A stretch of 64,000 bases of DNA, from contig NZ_MWQY01000002.1 in the NCBI RefSeq assembly GCF_002087085.1, positions 124,001-188,000 of the forward strand, given 5' to 3'. Below, one piece after another: positions 47,935 through 58,522 of the stretch. The stretch's first letter is position 1; each line of letters starts with the position of its first letter. The notes beneath the pieces are model-generated. The model searched no databases and was not told the DNA's origin. It was given only the letters and a program-made list of their open reading frames with translations. The position numbers were made by a program, and so were the translations under genes.

Positions 47935-48879
47935 TCAGGGAACCGCCGTTATTACAAAGGTTTCTTCCCTGACGGATTCAGCCCTGTCCAGATACGTAAC
48001 AGACCTCGCTCCCGGAGGACCGTCAGCACTGACAACACTGGACGGGCCCTCCCATCTCAAATCCAGAAAACCGCCGTTCAGACAGACCGTCATTCCCAGG
48101 GTATCGGTCAGATTCTGCAGGCGCTCAGGAAGGGCCCTGCGAAAGACCTCCCGCTGACGGGCGTCGAAGACCTCGCCGTTCGCCTTTATATCTATCCATA
48201 AATCCACGTCAAAAAATTTCTTCTCCCAGGGGGAGAAAAAAGTGTCTCTGCAGATACTGATTCCGACCTTTCGCCCCCGGATACTTACGGTCCGGGCCGC
48301 CTGTAAAGAACCCGGATCGATACCGATAATATCCGTCTCGAAAGACGTCAGGTAAACCTTGTCCTGCCGGTAGAGGACCTCTCCGTCCCCGTCATACAGG
48401 ACGGCACGGTTTCTCAATTCCCTGCCGGATCTCCCGTCCGCAGCGGCAAAACAGGTACCCCCGAGAATAGCGACTCCGAAGCTCCTGGCCAGGTTTCCCC
48501 ATACACGGTTCATCGTTTCTTCCGCTGGATAGAGCAGAAAATACTCCTTCAGGCCTGCTGTCTCAGTGTGCCTTAGCAGATACCGTATACCCTCCGCCAG
48601 GGTCTTTCCCTCCAGCCGCTCAATCCCCAGATTAAAAAAGGCGAAGAATACCCCGGTATATTCGGGAAAGACAACGAGATCCACCTCGCCTTCGGCCAGC
48701 ACCTCTTCAATCAGGTCCGCCGCATGGGCCGAGAAGGTTTCCTCGTCTGCGTAGAGCCCGGGGCTGATCTCCAGTTGAATCCCCGCCGCGTAAAAGGATT
48801 CGTCCGCAAGGACGATGCCTCCGAATATCCCGTAGAAAAGCAGTACACACATGAAAACAGTCAATCCAGGTCTGGGCAT
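47935..48879 (-). CDS. Carbon-nitrogen hydrolase family protein with signal peptide
   Basis: Triad FPEY / QDKVYL / ICRD; hydrophobic N-terminus. Confidence 0.8.
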   Translation of the reverse strand: MPRPGLTVFMCVLLFYGIFGGIVLADESFYAAGIQLEISPGLYADEETFSAHAADLIEEVLAEGEVDLVVFPEYTGVFFAFFNLGIERLEGKTLAEGIRYLLRHTETAGLKEYFLLYPAEETMNRVWGNLARSFGVAILGGTCFAAADGRSGRELRNRAVLYDGDGEVLYRQDKVYLTSFETDIIGIDPGSLQAARTVSIRGRKVGISICRDTFFSPWEKKFFDVDLWIDIKANGEVFDARQREVFRRALPERLQNLTDTLGMTVCLNGGFLDLRWEGPSSVVSADGPPGARSVTYLDRAESVREETFVITAVP

Positions 48880-48971
48880 ATTTCTTTACAATCCTCATTA
48901 TTCTCCCGGTACGGACCATCGCAGGGTTCAAGCCCTTGCCCCGGGCATTAGTTTCAGGTAGCTTACACTAC

Positions 48972-49628
48972 ATGATACGCTACATCCTATTCGATCTGGA
49001 CAATACCCTCTACCCGGAATCGAGCATTCTTGGAGAGCGCTTCGAGAAGGGCATCAACAGCTTTGTCGCCGGGTATCTCGGAATCAGCGAGGAGGAAGCA
49101 CGCCGTCAACGCCGGGCACGCCGCGGGGAGTATGGTACCACCCTGCAGTGGTTGATTCAGGTCCATAACTTCACCGAAATCGACGATTACATGGACGCGG
49201 TACACCCCAAGAGAATGGAAGGCTATCTGAAAAAGAATCCCGAGCTTACAAGGATTATACGCTCCCTGCCGGTCCAAAGATCGATCCTGACCAATTCACC
49301 CCTTGAACATGCGGAGCGTGTTCTGGCCTACCTGGAAATCAGGGACCAGTTCGAGTATGTATTCGACCTCAGATACAACAACTTTGTGGGAAAACCCGAT
49401 CCCGCCGTCTACAGCCGCATACTGGAGGTTATCCGGCAGAAACCGGAGGAGACCCTTTTCATTGATGATATCCCGGGCTATCTGGAGCCTTTTCGCCGCA
49501 TGGGCGGACATGCCCTGCTGATCGACGAGCTGGGACGGCATCCCCGGGGGGATTATCCGGTGATCCGGCAAATCGAGGAACTTCCCGCCTTTCTGGAAAA
49601 GGAATACGGCCTGGTTCTATCGCCCTGA
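48972..49628 (+). CDS. HAD hydrolase (pyrimidine 5'-nucleotidase-like)
   Basis: FDLDNTLY, YGTTL, LTNS, KPDP, FIDD. Confidence 0.85.
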   Translation: MIRYILFDLDNTLYPESSILGERFEKGINSFVAGYLGISEEEARRQRRARRGEYGTTLQWLIQVHNFTEIDDYMDAVHPKRMEGYLKKNPELTRIIRSLPVQRSILTNSPLEHAERVLAYLEIRDQFEYVFDLRYNNFVGKPDPAVYSRILEVIRQKPEETLFIDDIPGYLEPFRRMGGHALLIDELGRHPRGDYPVIRQIEELPAFLEKEYGLVLSP

Positions 49629-49632
49629 AGGA

Positions 49633-51195
49633 TCAGCGCGGACGTATGGCGGAAAAGGGGTGGAGGTCCATGCTGTTCGGATACCACCCGTCCCACTTTT
49701 CCGTATCAATCAGATTTGCCGAGGTCCGGAAAAGGACGGGAATAGCTCCCATATCCTCACCGACAAGAATCGACTCGGCCCGGTACAGCTGTTCAAACCT
49801 CTCCTTTCCATAGGAAAGGTTCTCGGCATTCAGGACTGCCTCATCGAAGGCAAGATTTCTGTACAGCCCGTCATTGTTCTCATGGATTGAAATAAAAGGG
49901 CTGAGGAAGGCAAGGGGATCAGGAAAATCCCCCTTCCAGCCGGCCCGGGCAAGGCTGAAATCGTGCAGACGCCGGGTAATCAGGTAACTGCCCCACTCTT
50001 CGTTCACAGGTTCACAGCGCAGATTCAGGTTTTCCCTCCAGGAAGCTGAGATGAACCGTATGACCTTCCGGTTGAAATCGGAACGATTGTACAGAATGGA
50101 AAAGGACGGAAAGCCTTTTCCTTCAGGAAAGCCGGCCTCCGCCAGCAGGGCCCGGGCCTTTGCGGCGTCATCTTCAAAGAAGGGATCCCCCGGGTATCCC
50201 GGCAGATTCGGCGGAACAATCGAGAAGGCGGCAATATGCCGCCCCCCGCCCAGGCTGTCGCAAAGTTCCCTGCGGTTGAATCCCAGGGACAGAGCCCGGC
50301 GGACCCGGGGATCGTCGAAGGGTTTTCGTTCGTTATTGACCAGGAGATAGTAGTTTTCCAGCGCCGGAGCCATATGAAACGCAGCATTCCCATACAGTTC
50401 GGGAGGAAACTCTTCCGGCAGGTCCCAGACCCAGTCCGCCTTTCCCTCCTTGTATATGCTGACGGCGATATCGGCTTCCGGCACCACCCGGTAGACAAGC
50501 CTCTTCAGCACCGTTTTTCCGGTCTCCCGGTACTGCTTATTCCTGACCAGGGAAATTCCTCCGTTCTCGCCCTTCTCCAGGGGCAGAAAAGCTCCGTTTC
50601 CCGCAAAATTTCCGGGTTCAGTCCAGGAAGACCCGAATTTATCAACCCGATGCATCGGTACAAGGAGAAAAGCGGGGTGTACAAGGGCCTGAATAAAATG
50701 AGGCATCGGCCGGATCAGTTCAACCTGAAGAAGATAATCGTCGATGGCTCTTATGCCCACAAGCTCAGGTCCGGAAGCACCTGAGAGGTACTCCCGGGCT
50801 CCCCTGATGAACATTCCCGGATACCAGGAGAAAGGGGAGGCCGTCTTCGGATCCATTCCCCGGAGCCAGGAATCCGCCACCGTCTGGGCGTTTATTCGTA
50901 TTCCGTCGCTCCACACCGTTTTTCGAAGGGTAAAACTGTATGTAATACCGTCATCACTTACTGTCCAGTTCTCCGCCAGACCCGGAACAGCGGCTCCGGT
51001 CCTGGGATCAGCGTTTACAAGACCCTCGAAAAGTGCATGAACAATACGTTTTTCTTCGGGACTTCGTACATGGTGGGGATCGATGCTTTCTATTCCCCGG
51101 GTGCCGAGAACGACAAACTCCTCCACGGAGGGACCGAGAAAACAGCCTGCCGGGAGGAGCAGCATAAGCAACAGCAGGGGGGTGAGAGATCTCAT
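49633..51195 (-). CDS. oppA: Oligopeptide ABC transporter substrate-binding lipoprotein
   Basis: Lipobox PAGC; LFEGLV, PGLAENW, WSDG, DPRVRRALS, ARAGWKGDFPDP. Confidence 0.88.
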   Translation of the reverse strand: MRSLTPLLLLMLLLPAGCFLGPSVEEFVVLGTRGIESIDPHHVRSPEEKRIVHALFEGLVNADPRTGAAVPGLAENWTVSDDGITYSFTLRKTVWSDGIRINAQTVADSWLRGMDPKTASPFSWYPGMFIRGAREYLSGASGPELVGIRAIDDYLLQVELIRPMPHFIQALVHPAFLLVPMHRVDKFGSSWTEPGNFAGNGAFLPLEKGENGGISLVRNKQYRETGKTVLKRLVYRVVPEADIAVSIYKEGKADWVWDLPEEFPPELYGNAAFHMAPALENYYLLVNNERKPFDDPRVRRALSLGFNRRELCDSLGGGRHIAAFSIVPPNLPGYPGDPFFEDDAAKARALLAEAGFPEGKGFPSFSILYNRSDFNRKVIRFISASWRENLNLRCEPVNEEWGSYLITRRLHDFSLARAGWKGDFPDPLAFLSPFISIHENNDGLYRNLAFDEAVLNAENLSYGKERFEQLYRAESILVGEDMGAIPVLFRTSANLIDTEKWDGWYPNSMDLHPFSAIRPR

Positions 51196-52139
51196 CCGTT
51201 TTTCCCCCAGGCATCAAGATCAAGGTAGAAGGAACTCCGGTACCGACTGAATCCATGCTCATCCAGAACCCGGCCCATGCTCTGGGCGTTTCCCCAGAGA
51301 TCCAGAATGACCCGTTTCATCTCCCGCCCGAAGGCCTCCCGGATATAGGTATCCAGGAGGAGCCTGGCGAGTCCGAGGCCCCGGTATTCCGGTTCAACGT
51401 AAAACTGCAGCAGAAAGGAAACTCCCGGGTCTTCATCAAAGAATTTCGCCGCCTGAGGACTGAGCCAGGCATCGGTTCCCCAGACAATACCCGCTGTTTC
51501 TCCTTCCGGAGTCGAGGCCTGAAAAACCACCAGCTTGTCCGGATCCTTCGGGACAAGAGCGCGCCGGGCCAGAAACAGCAGGTGGGTCAGGTCCCGGGGA
51601 TTCTCTCCGCAGGCCTCCCGGAAAGCCTTCAGGTCATATTCCTCCAGCCGATCCTTCAGCTCCGGATTTCCTGGGGCTATGACAAAGTCCGTAAGGACAA
51701 GATCTTCCGTCTCTTCCCGTTCGGGCCCCAGCTTCTGGAACCCCAGGGCCTCACAGACCTGCTCATACCATTCCAGCACCCTGGTCCGCATTTCCCGTTC
51801 CTTGAACTGGAACCAGAGACGCTGAATATCTTCCCGTTCCTTCAGGATATTCTTGAAATTCCGGAATACTCCCTTCCGGGACGCAAGGGCTTCCCGCAGA
51901 CGCTCCCGGAAAACAGGATTACGCAGGGAGTCGACAAAACGCTCCATAAGCTGGAAACCGTCGGCAGAGCTCCAGCGGGGAATCAGTATATACCGCGACT
52001 CGTCGGTCCGCTGTTCTTCTTCGAGCTGGCTCTCTTCTTCAACCTTCCCCTGCTCCAGATCCAGATAGTAATAGGATATCTGGTTCTCCATGCCGAAGAT
52101 TATCTGGTCGATTAATTCCGGGGTCAACTCCATACTCAT
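51192..52139 (-). CDS. UPF0158 domain + GNAT acetyltransferase fusion
   Basis: YYLDLEQG, GFQLMERFV, KGVFRNFKNIL (UPF0158); YVEPEYRGLGLARLLL (GNAT motif A). Confidence 0.8.
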   Translation of the reverse strand: MSMELTPELIDQIIFGMENQISYYYLDLEQGKVEEESQLEEEQRTDESRYILIPRWSSADGFQLMERFVDSLRNPVFRERLREALASRKGVFRNFKNILKEREDIQRLWFQFKEREMRTRVLEWYEQVCEALGFQKLGPEREETEDLVLTDFVIAPGNPELKDRLEEYDLKAFREACGENPRDLTHLLFLARRALVPKDPDKLVVFQASTPEGETAGIVWGTDAWLSPQAAKFFDEDPGVSFLLQFYVEPEYRGLGLARLLLDTYIREAFGREMKRVILDLWGNAQSMGRVLDEHGFSRYRSSFYLDLDAWGKNG

Positions 52140-52166
52140 ATCCTGCACTGTAGCATAAAACCTGCC

Positions 52167-53846
52167 TCAATAGGCAAGAATCTGGGAGACAACTTCCCTG
52201 AGAGGCACCTGCCAGATTCTTCCGCTGGCGCGTTCGTACACTTCAACCTCATCATTCAGCAAAAGCCCTGAGGTCACTACTATCCGGTAGGGAATACCGA
52301 TAAGCTCGGCATCGAAGAATTTTACCCCGGGAGACTCAATCCTGTCGTCCAGCAGGGCAACCTCCGGTCCCAGCTCCTCATACAGATCGAAAACAACCCT
52401 CCGGACCTTGTGACTTTTTCCAATTCCCATCAGATAGACCTTGAAGGGAGCTATCTCAACCGGCCACCCGATGCCTTTTTCATCCCGATGTGCGGCGGCT
52501 GTCGCATTGAGCAGTCGTCCCATGCCGATGCCGTAGGAGCCCATATGGGGGTAGTAGCGCCTGCGCTTGTCATCCTGAAACTCCAGATTCATGGCCCGGG
52601 AATAGACATCCCCCAGTTTGAATATGTTCCCCAGTTCAATGGCACGCACCTCTTTCAAGGGCTGTCCGCACTGAAAGCAGCTGTCCCTGCCCCGGCTCCT
52701 GACAATATCCCCTACAAGGGGTGTTTCAAAATCCCGGCCGAAATTTACATTGACATAGTGAAGCCCCGACTCGTTTCCTCCCATCACCAGGTTATTGCTG
52801 TTCGCTACGGTATCGTCAACCACGACCATGACATCGTCAGAAATTCCCAGGGGAGACATGTACCCGGGAGCGATTCCCAGCTCCTTTACCCGTTCAATCC
52901 GGGCAAGATCCGATATGTTTCGTCCGCTCACCTTGCTGAGCTTGTCAATGCTGACCTCGTAATCCCCCCGCACCACAGCCATCACCAGCCCCTGGGAGGA
53001 CTGATACATCATTGACTTGGCCAGTTTTGACTTCGGGAGTTTCAGATAGCGGGAGAGGCGATTCATGGAGGAACATTCGGGGGTCAGAATCTTTTCCACA
53101 GGAAGCGGCCTCTCCGATCCGTACTCCTTGTGGGCTATGGCGATATCACGGTTGGCCTTGTAACCGCAATGCTCGCAGATAACTATGACATCTTCTCCTT
53201 CCCTGGAGGGCATCAGGAACTCATAGGCCTTGTGCCCGCCCATAAAACCGACCCCTGATTCTGCGGCAATGACATCAAGATCCAGGCGTTGAAATATACG
53301 CTGATATGCACGAAATATTCGGGGAAAGAAATTGTTCAGATCCGAGTAGGAACGATGAAAGGAGTAGGCGTCCTTCATTATAAATTCCCTTGCCCTGAGG
53401 AGCCCGCCCTTGAGATGTTCCTCATCCCTGAACTTTGTCTGAAACTGATAGAGCAGTATGGGCAGATCGCGATAGGAGTTCAAACCGATTCGCAGAAGCT
53501 CCACCATGGCCTCTTCGTGGGTTGGAGAGAGCACAAGATCCCGGTCCTGCCGGTCAGGAAACCGTACAAGAGACCTGCCGACCAGTTCCGCCCGTCCCCC
53601 TTTTTCCCAGATCTCATAGGGGTTCACCAGGGGCACAAGGACCTCCTGGCCGCCCAGGGCTTCCATTTCTTCCCGGATAATCGACTTGATACGCCGAAGG
53701 ACCCGGATACCCAGGGGCAGATACGAGAAGAGACCCGGGCCAAGGGAACGGATATACCCGGCCTGCTGCAGGATCCGGTAGCTTTTGGAGGAACCTCCCT
53801 GGGGCCGTTCTCTAAGGGTTTTTCCGAAAAGTCGGGAATAATGCAT
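52167..53846 (-). CDS. proS: Proline--tRNA ligase, bacterial type with editing (INS) domain
   Basis: YLPLG, PTHEE, KFRDE..LLRAREFIMKDAYSFH, GNIFKLG, MGSYGIG, PGVKF. Confidence 0.92.
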   Translation of the reverse strand: MHYSRLFGKTLRERPQGGSSKSYRILQQAGYIRSLGPGLFSYLPLGIRVLRRIKSIIREEMEALGGQEVLVPLVNPYEIWEKGGRAELVGRSLVRFPDRQDRDLVLSPTHEEAMVELLRIGLNSYRDLPILLYQFQTKFRDEEHLKGGLLRAREFIMKDAYSFHRSYSDLNNFFPRIFRAYQRIFQRLDLDVIAAESGVGFMGGHKAYEFLMPSREGEDVIVICEHCGYKANRDIAIAHKEYGSERPLPVEKILTPECSSMNRLSRYLKLPKSKLAKSMMYQSSQGLVMAVVRGDYEVSIDKLSKVSGRNISDLARIERVKELGIAPGYMSPLGISDDVMVVVDDTVANSNNLVMGGNESGLHYVNVNFGRDFETPLVGDIVRSRGRDSCFQCGQPLKEVRAIELGNIFKLGDVYSRAMNLEFQDDKRRRYYPHMGSYGIGMGRLLNATAAAHRDEKGIGWPVEIAPFKVYLMGIGKSHKVRRVVFDLYEELGPEVALLDDRIESPGVKFFDAELIGIPYRIVVTSGLLLNDEVEVYERASGRIWQVPLREVVSQILAY

Positions 53847-53852
53847 GGGATC

Positions 53853-53881
53853 ATTTTATGCCATGCCGTGAGGGGGGTCAA
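53853..53881 (-). promoter_or_regulatory. sigma70-type promoter 6 nt before the proS start codon
   Basis: Minus strand TTGACC-17 nt-TAAAAT-6 nt-ATG; no SD. Confidence 0.65.
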
Positions 53882-53953
53882 GAAAAGCATTTACAATGGC
53901 CTCAGGCCTCTTACCTTGACTTTCAGGGTATATTTGGATAATTCTAAACATGA

Positions 53954-55285
<1,332 letters not shown>

Positions 55286-55298
55286 CAAGCCTTGAATC

Positions 55299-55333
55299 AA
55301 AAAAAGCCGCCCCTTACAAGGGGCGGTTTTTTT
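55299..55333. terminator. Bidirectional intrinsic terminator between eno and the acylphosphatase gene
   Basis: A7-GCCGCCCCTT-AC-AAGGGGCGG-T7. Confidence 0.88.
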
Positions 55334-55371
55334 ATGGGAATCTTTAAAATCGCGGTATTTTTGTTCCGGAT

Positions 55372-55659
55372 TCAATACGTTACGGAAAATCCCCGGTACC
55401 TGCCGGAGGGGGCAAAATGATCCCTGTCCACCCGGTCAACTCTGGCCATCGATGGTCCCCGATGCAGCCAGGCATACAGGGAATCGAGGGCGCCGGCCGT
55501 TCCTTCCGCCCAGACCTCGACGCTGCCGTCCGCCCTGTTTCGTACATAGCCTGCAAGCCTCAGCGTCTGAGCCCTCCGTACAGTGGAATAACGGAAACCC
55601 ACCCCCTGCACACGGCCATGGACTGTAAATCTGCAGGCACTGTCTTCAGCCGTCCCCAT
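55372..55659 (-). CDS. acyP: Acylphosphatase
   Basis: VHGRVQGVGFRY, GYVRNRADGSVE. Confidence 0.92.
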   Translation of the reverse strand: MGTAEDSACRFTVHGRVQGVGFRYSTVRRAQTLRLAGYVRNRADGSVEVWAEGTAGALDSLYAWLHRGPSMARVDRVDRDHFAPSGRYRGFSVTY

Positions 55660-56014
55660 TCTTCTCCGTATCGAGGGTTGCGGCTATCATCTCCGCCAGT
55701 TTTCCGTAATCGAAGGGTTTGTACAATACGGGAAAGGGGATGGAGAAATCGGGACGCAGAAAACCGGAGGTGATAAAAACCTTCTTGTCGGCGCAGAAGG
55801 TATGAAGAAACTTTATCCAGTAATCGCCGCCCAGTACGTTCATACGGTAATCCGACACAATCAGATCGACCCGATTGTCCAAAAGGTGCTTGATGGCCCC
55901 TACCCCGTCGGAAGCCACAAGCACCTCGTAGCCCTTTTTTTTCAGGTAATCCCGCAGAGTCAGACGGATGGCGTCTTCATCTTCGACAATAAGAATTACT
56001 CCCTGCGCTCCCAT
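55646..56014 (-). CDS. Single-domain response regulator
   Basis: LIVEDE, IVSDYRM, TSG, KPF. Confidence 0.85.
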   Translation of the reverse strand: MGAQGVILIVEDEDAIRLTLRDYLKKKGYEVLVASDGVGAIKHLLDNRVDLIVSDYRMNVLGGDYWIKFLHTFCADKKVFITSGFLRPDFSIPFPVLYKPFDYGKLAEMIAATLDTEKNGDG

Positions 56015-56024
56015 TCAATACCTC

Positions 56025-56621
56025 TTAGTGCAGCTTGTCGGTAATTGCTTCAACCAGGGCATCAAAGTCAAGCGGCTTGGGAAAAAAGGCATCCGCCCCC
56101 TCTTCAACAATCTGCTTGCCGTCCTTCTCAGGATCAAGTCCGCTTATGGAGATTACAAGGGGATTATGAAGTTTCGGATCTTCCTTTATCTTTGCACAGA
56201 GTTTGTGTCCGTCGATGCCCGGAAGATCAATGTCCAGAACCACGCAGACAGGATTATTCTCAGCGAGCAGCCTGCCGGCCTCAAAACCGTCAAAGGCCTG
56301 TACGACCTCGTATTCGGGAAGCTTGCGTACCAGGATTTCCCTGAGCATACTGTTCAGATCCCGATCATCATCGACAATCAGAATTGTCCGTCTTTCGCTG
56401 TCCCGTGTTAATTCGATGAGCTCATCGGGAATCCTCATACCCCGGGACTCTAGAAACTCGAGGAGATCCTCGGCATATATACGATACTGGCCGCCGGGGG
56501 TTGTGAAAGCCTTAAGATGCTGATTCTTGATCCAGTTAATGGCAGTCTGGTTGACTACCCCGCAGATGTTTGCGACCTCCAGGGCCGAAAAGATTCTGAT
56601 TTTTTTTCCATTCTTTGACAC
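56025..56621 (-). CDS. Excisionase-like HTH (HTH_17) + receiver-domain regulator
   Basis: FSALEVANICGV..TAINWI..TPGGQYRI; IVDDD, LDIDLPG, KP. Confidence 0.85.
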   Translation of the reverse strand: MSKNGKKIRIFSALEVANICGVVNQTAINWIKNQHLKAFTTPGGQYRIYAEDLLEFLESRGMRIPDELIELTRDSERRTILIVDDDRDLNSMLREILVRKLPEYEVVQAFDGFEAGRLLAENNPVCVVLDIDLPGIDGHKLCAKIKEDPKLHNPLVISISGLDPEKDGKQIVEEGADAFFPKPLDFDALVEAITDKLH

Positions 56622-56738
56622 GAACTTACCCTCACTGTATGCACAGATAGTCTCAAGGATGCTAGTAATAACTATATTAGTGTACCAAATACATCCAAAA
56701 TGTCAACGAAAAACTGGTCACTATGGAGAGATTTGAAC

Positions 56739-57395
56739 TCAAAAATCGTGTTTTTCAAAGAAAAAAGCAATATCCCGGTAGTGGAAGCCCATTTTTTCAA
56801 GTTTTTTCATGTATTCTTCCCTGGAAAGGTCAGTTTTCTTGCGCTTAAGCTTTTCCAGACAGCTTTCCAATGCCTCGTCCAGGACTTCGGGTGTGTAGGT
56901 TTCTTCAAGAACAGCTGCGATGAGTTCCCGGGGGATACCTTTCTGCCGCAGTCGCCGTTCCATTACCCGCGGACCTTCGGGTTTTCTCCGCAGACGCGAG
57001 CTTGCATAGGTGCGGGCAAAGCGCCCGTCGCTGAGAAGCCCCTGTTCCTCAAGATTCGAGCAGGTCTTTTCCGCCAGTTCCCGGCCAAAGCCCCTCTGAC
57101 AGAGCTTCTGCATCAACTCCTGGGACGAGTGTTCCCTTCGGGATAAAAGATCCAGGGCTTTTCTGCGGACAAGGAAGGACTCCTCCGCCGTCCGAAGCTC
57201 TTCCATATCATCCCGGGCCAGGGGAGCTCCCTCATAATGCCGGGAAGCATCGTAGGTTTCAAAGGGAATAAAAAAAGAGGAACCGTCGGACAGTCCGAGC
57301 CGAAAGGCGGACTCTGCGGTTCCCCATTGGAGTGAAACTATAACGATATCAGCGTTTGGAGAACTGGAACTTGCGCCGTGCTCCCGGCTGTCCAT
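56739..57395 (-). CDS. recX: RecX regulatory protein (start codon uncertain)
   Basis: ALDLLSRREHS..EL.QKL, LLSDGRFA, GPR..LRQKGI, GF. Confidence 0.85.
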   Translation of the reverse strand: MDSREHGASSSSPNADIVIVSLQWGTAESAFRLGLSDGSSFFIPFETYDASRHYEGAPLARDDMEELRTAEESFLVRRKALDLLSRREHSSQELMQKLCQRGFGRELAEKTCSNLEEQGLLSDGRFARTYASSRLRRKPEGPRVMERRLRQKGIPRELIAAVLEETYTPEVLDEALESCLEKLKRKKTDLSREEYMKKLEKMGFHYRDIAFFFEKHDF

Positions 57396-57741
57396 ACTTC
57401 TTCCGCTCCACCATTCTCGGGTCCCGGGTAAGGAAGCCGTTGGCCCTCAAGGGGCGAATATTCGTCTCGTCGTAGGCAACCAGGGCCCGGGAGAGACCAT
57501 GCCGACAGGCACCGGCCTGTCCGGTTATGCCGCCACCCTTGACGTTGATCACTAAATCAAATTTGGTCAGGTTGTCGGTAACATCCAGGGGCTGTTTTAC
57601 GATGTACACCATGCTGGGATTGGAGAAATAGGTCTCCACATCCTTACCGTTGATGGTTATCTTACCGCTGCCCTCGCGTAAATAAACCCGTGCCACGGAG
57701 GTCTTCCGCCGGCCGGTACCTAATGCTAAATTCTTAACCAC
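57349..57741 (-). CDS. rpsI: 30S ribosomal protein S9
   Basis: GTGRRKTSVARV, GGGITGQAGA, LTRDPRMVERKKYG, QFSKR. Confidence 0.98.
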   Translation of the reverse strand: MVKNLALGTGRRKTSVARVYLREGSGKITINGKDVETYFSNPSMVYIVKQPLDVTDNLTKFDLVINVKGGGITGQAGACRHGLSRALVAYDETNIRPLRANGFLTRDPRMVERKKYGQPGARRKFQFSKR

Positions 57742-57771
57742 TCTGCTACTCCTTCAATCGGTTACACCGAA

Positions 57772-58197
57772 TTATTCAAGAACTTCCGGCTGCTGAGCGC
57801 TGTGGGGATGATTCGGTCCAGCATATACCTTTACATTCCGAAACAGCTGACGTCCCAGAGGTCCCTTGGGAAGCATGCCCTTTATGGCTTTTTCCAGGGG
57901 AGCTGTGGGTTTACGGGAGATCAGATCACTGAAGGTTTCTGACTTAATCCCGCCGGGGTACCCTGAATGTCGGTAATACATTTTCCGCTGAGCCTTATTG
58001 CCGGTTACTTCAATCTTGTCGGCGTTGACAATAACTACATAATCCCCGATTTCCTGGTGGGGGGTATAGTAGGGTCTATTTTTTCCCCGCAGAAGGCGTA
58101 CAACTTCGGTAGCCACCCTGCCGAGGCGCTTGTCGGCGGCATCGATCAGGAACCATTTCCGCTCTACTTTGCTCGGTTTTACGAATATCGTCTTCAT
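57772..58197 (-). CDS. rplM: 50S ribosomal protein L13
   Basis: [40 protein letters not shown]. Confidence 0.98.
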   Translation of the reverse strand: MKTIFVKPSKVERKWFLIDAADKRLGRVATEVVRLLRGKNRPYYTPHQEIGDYVVIVNADKIEVTGNKAQRKMYYRHSGYPGGIKSETFSDLISRKPTAPLEKAIKGMLPKGPLGRQLFRNVKVYAGPNHPHSAQQPEVLE

Positions 58198-58315
58198 TCA
58201 AATCGCCTCAATACTAGTGAGAATTGGAACACATATTTCCATACATCCCGATGCTTGTCAAGCCGTCGGAACGGTATCGTTTGCCCTTTTATAGTGTCCT
58301 TAGTAAATTCCGACC

Positions 58316-58522
58316 ATGCGGGTTACCATTAATAAACAACAATGCGTCGGCTGCGGGTTATGTGAGGAACTGTTACCCGAGGTATTCATTATGCAGAACC
58401 AGAAGTCCCGGGTCAAGCAGGAGGGCCTGAAAAAAGCCGATAAATATGAGGTTCTGACCATTGCTGAGGACTGTCCCGCGGAAGCCATCATCGTCAGCGA
58501 AAATGCTGACGACGAATCATGA
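58316..58522 (+). CDS. Small single-cluster ferredoxin
   Basis: CVGCGLC...DCPAEAI; 68 aa. Confidence 0.85.
   Translation: MRVTINKQQCVGCGLCEELLPEVFIMQNQKSRVKQEGLKKADKYEVLTIAEDCPAEAIIVSENADDES

Noticed and set aside
52167..53846. Inactive ProRS paralogue, suggested by the atypical motif-2 loop EEHLKGG
   Set aside because: PTHEE, FRDE, REF.MKD.YSF, motif 3 and the editing-domain residues are retained; insufficient evidence for loss of function
56025..56621. Excisionase indicating a prophage or integrative element
   Set aside because: The HTH is fused to a receiver domain; no integrase, att site or phage genes nearby
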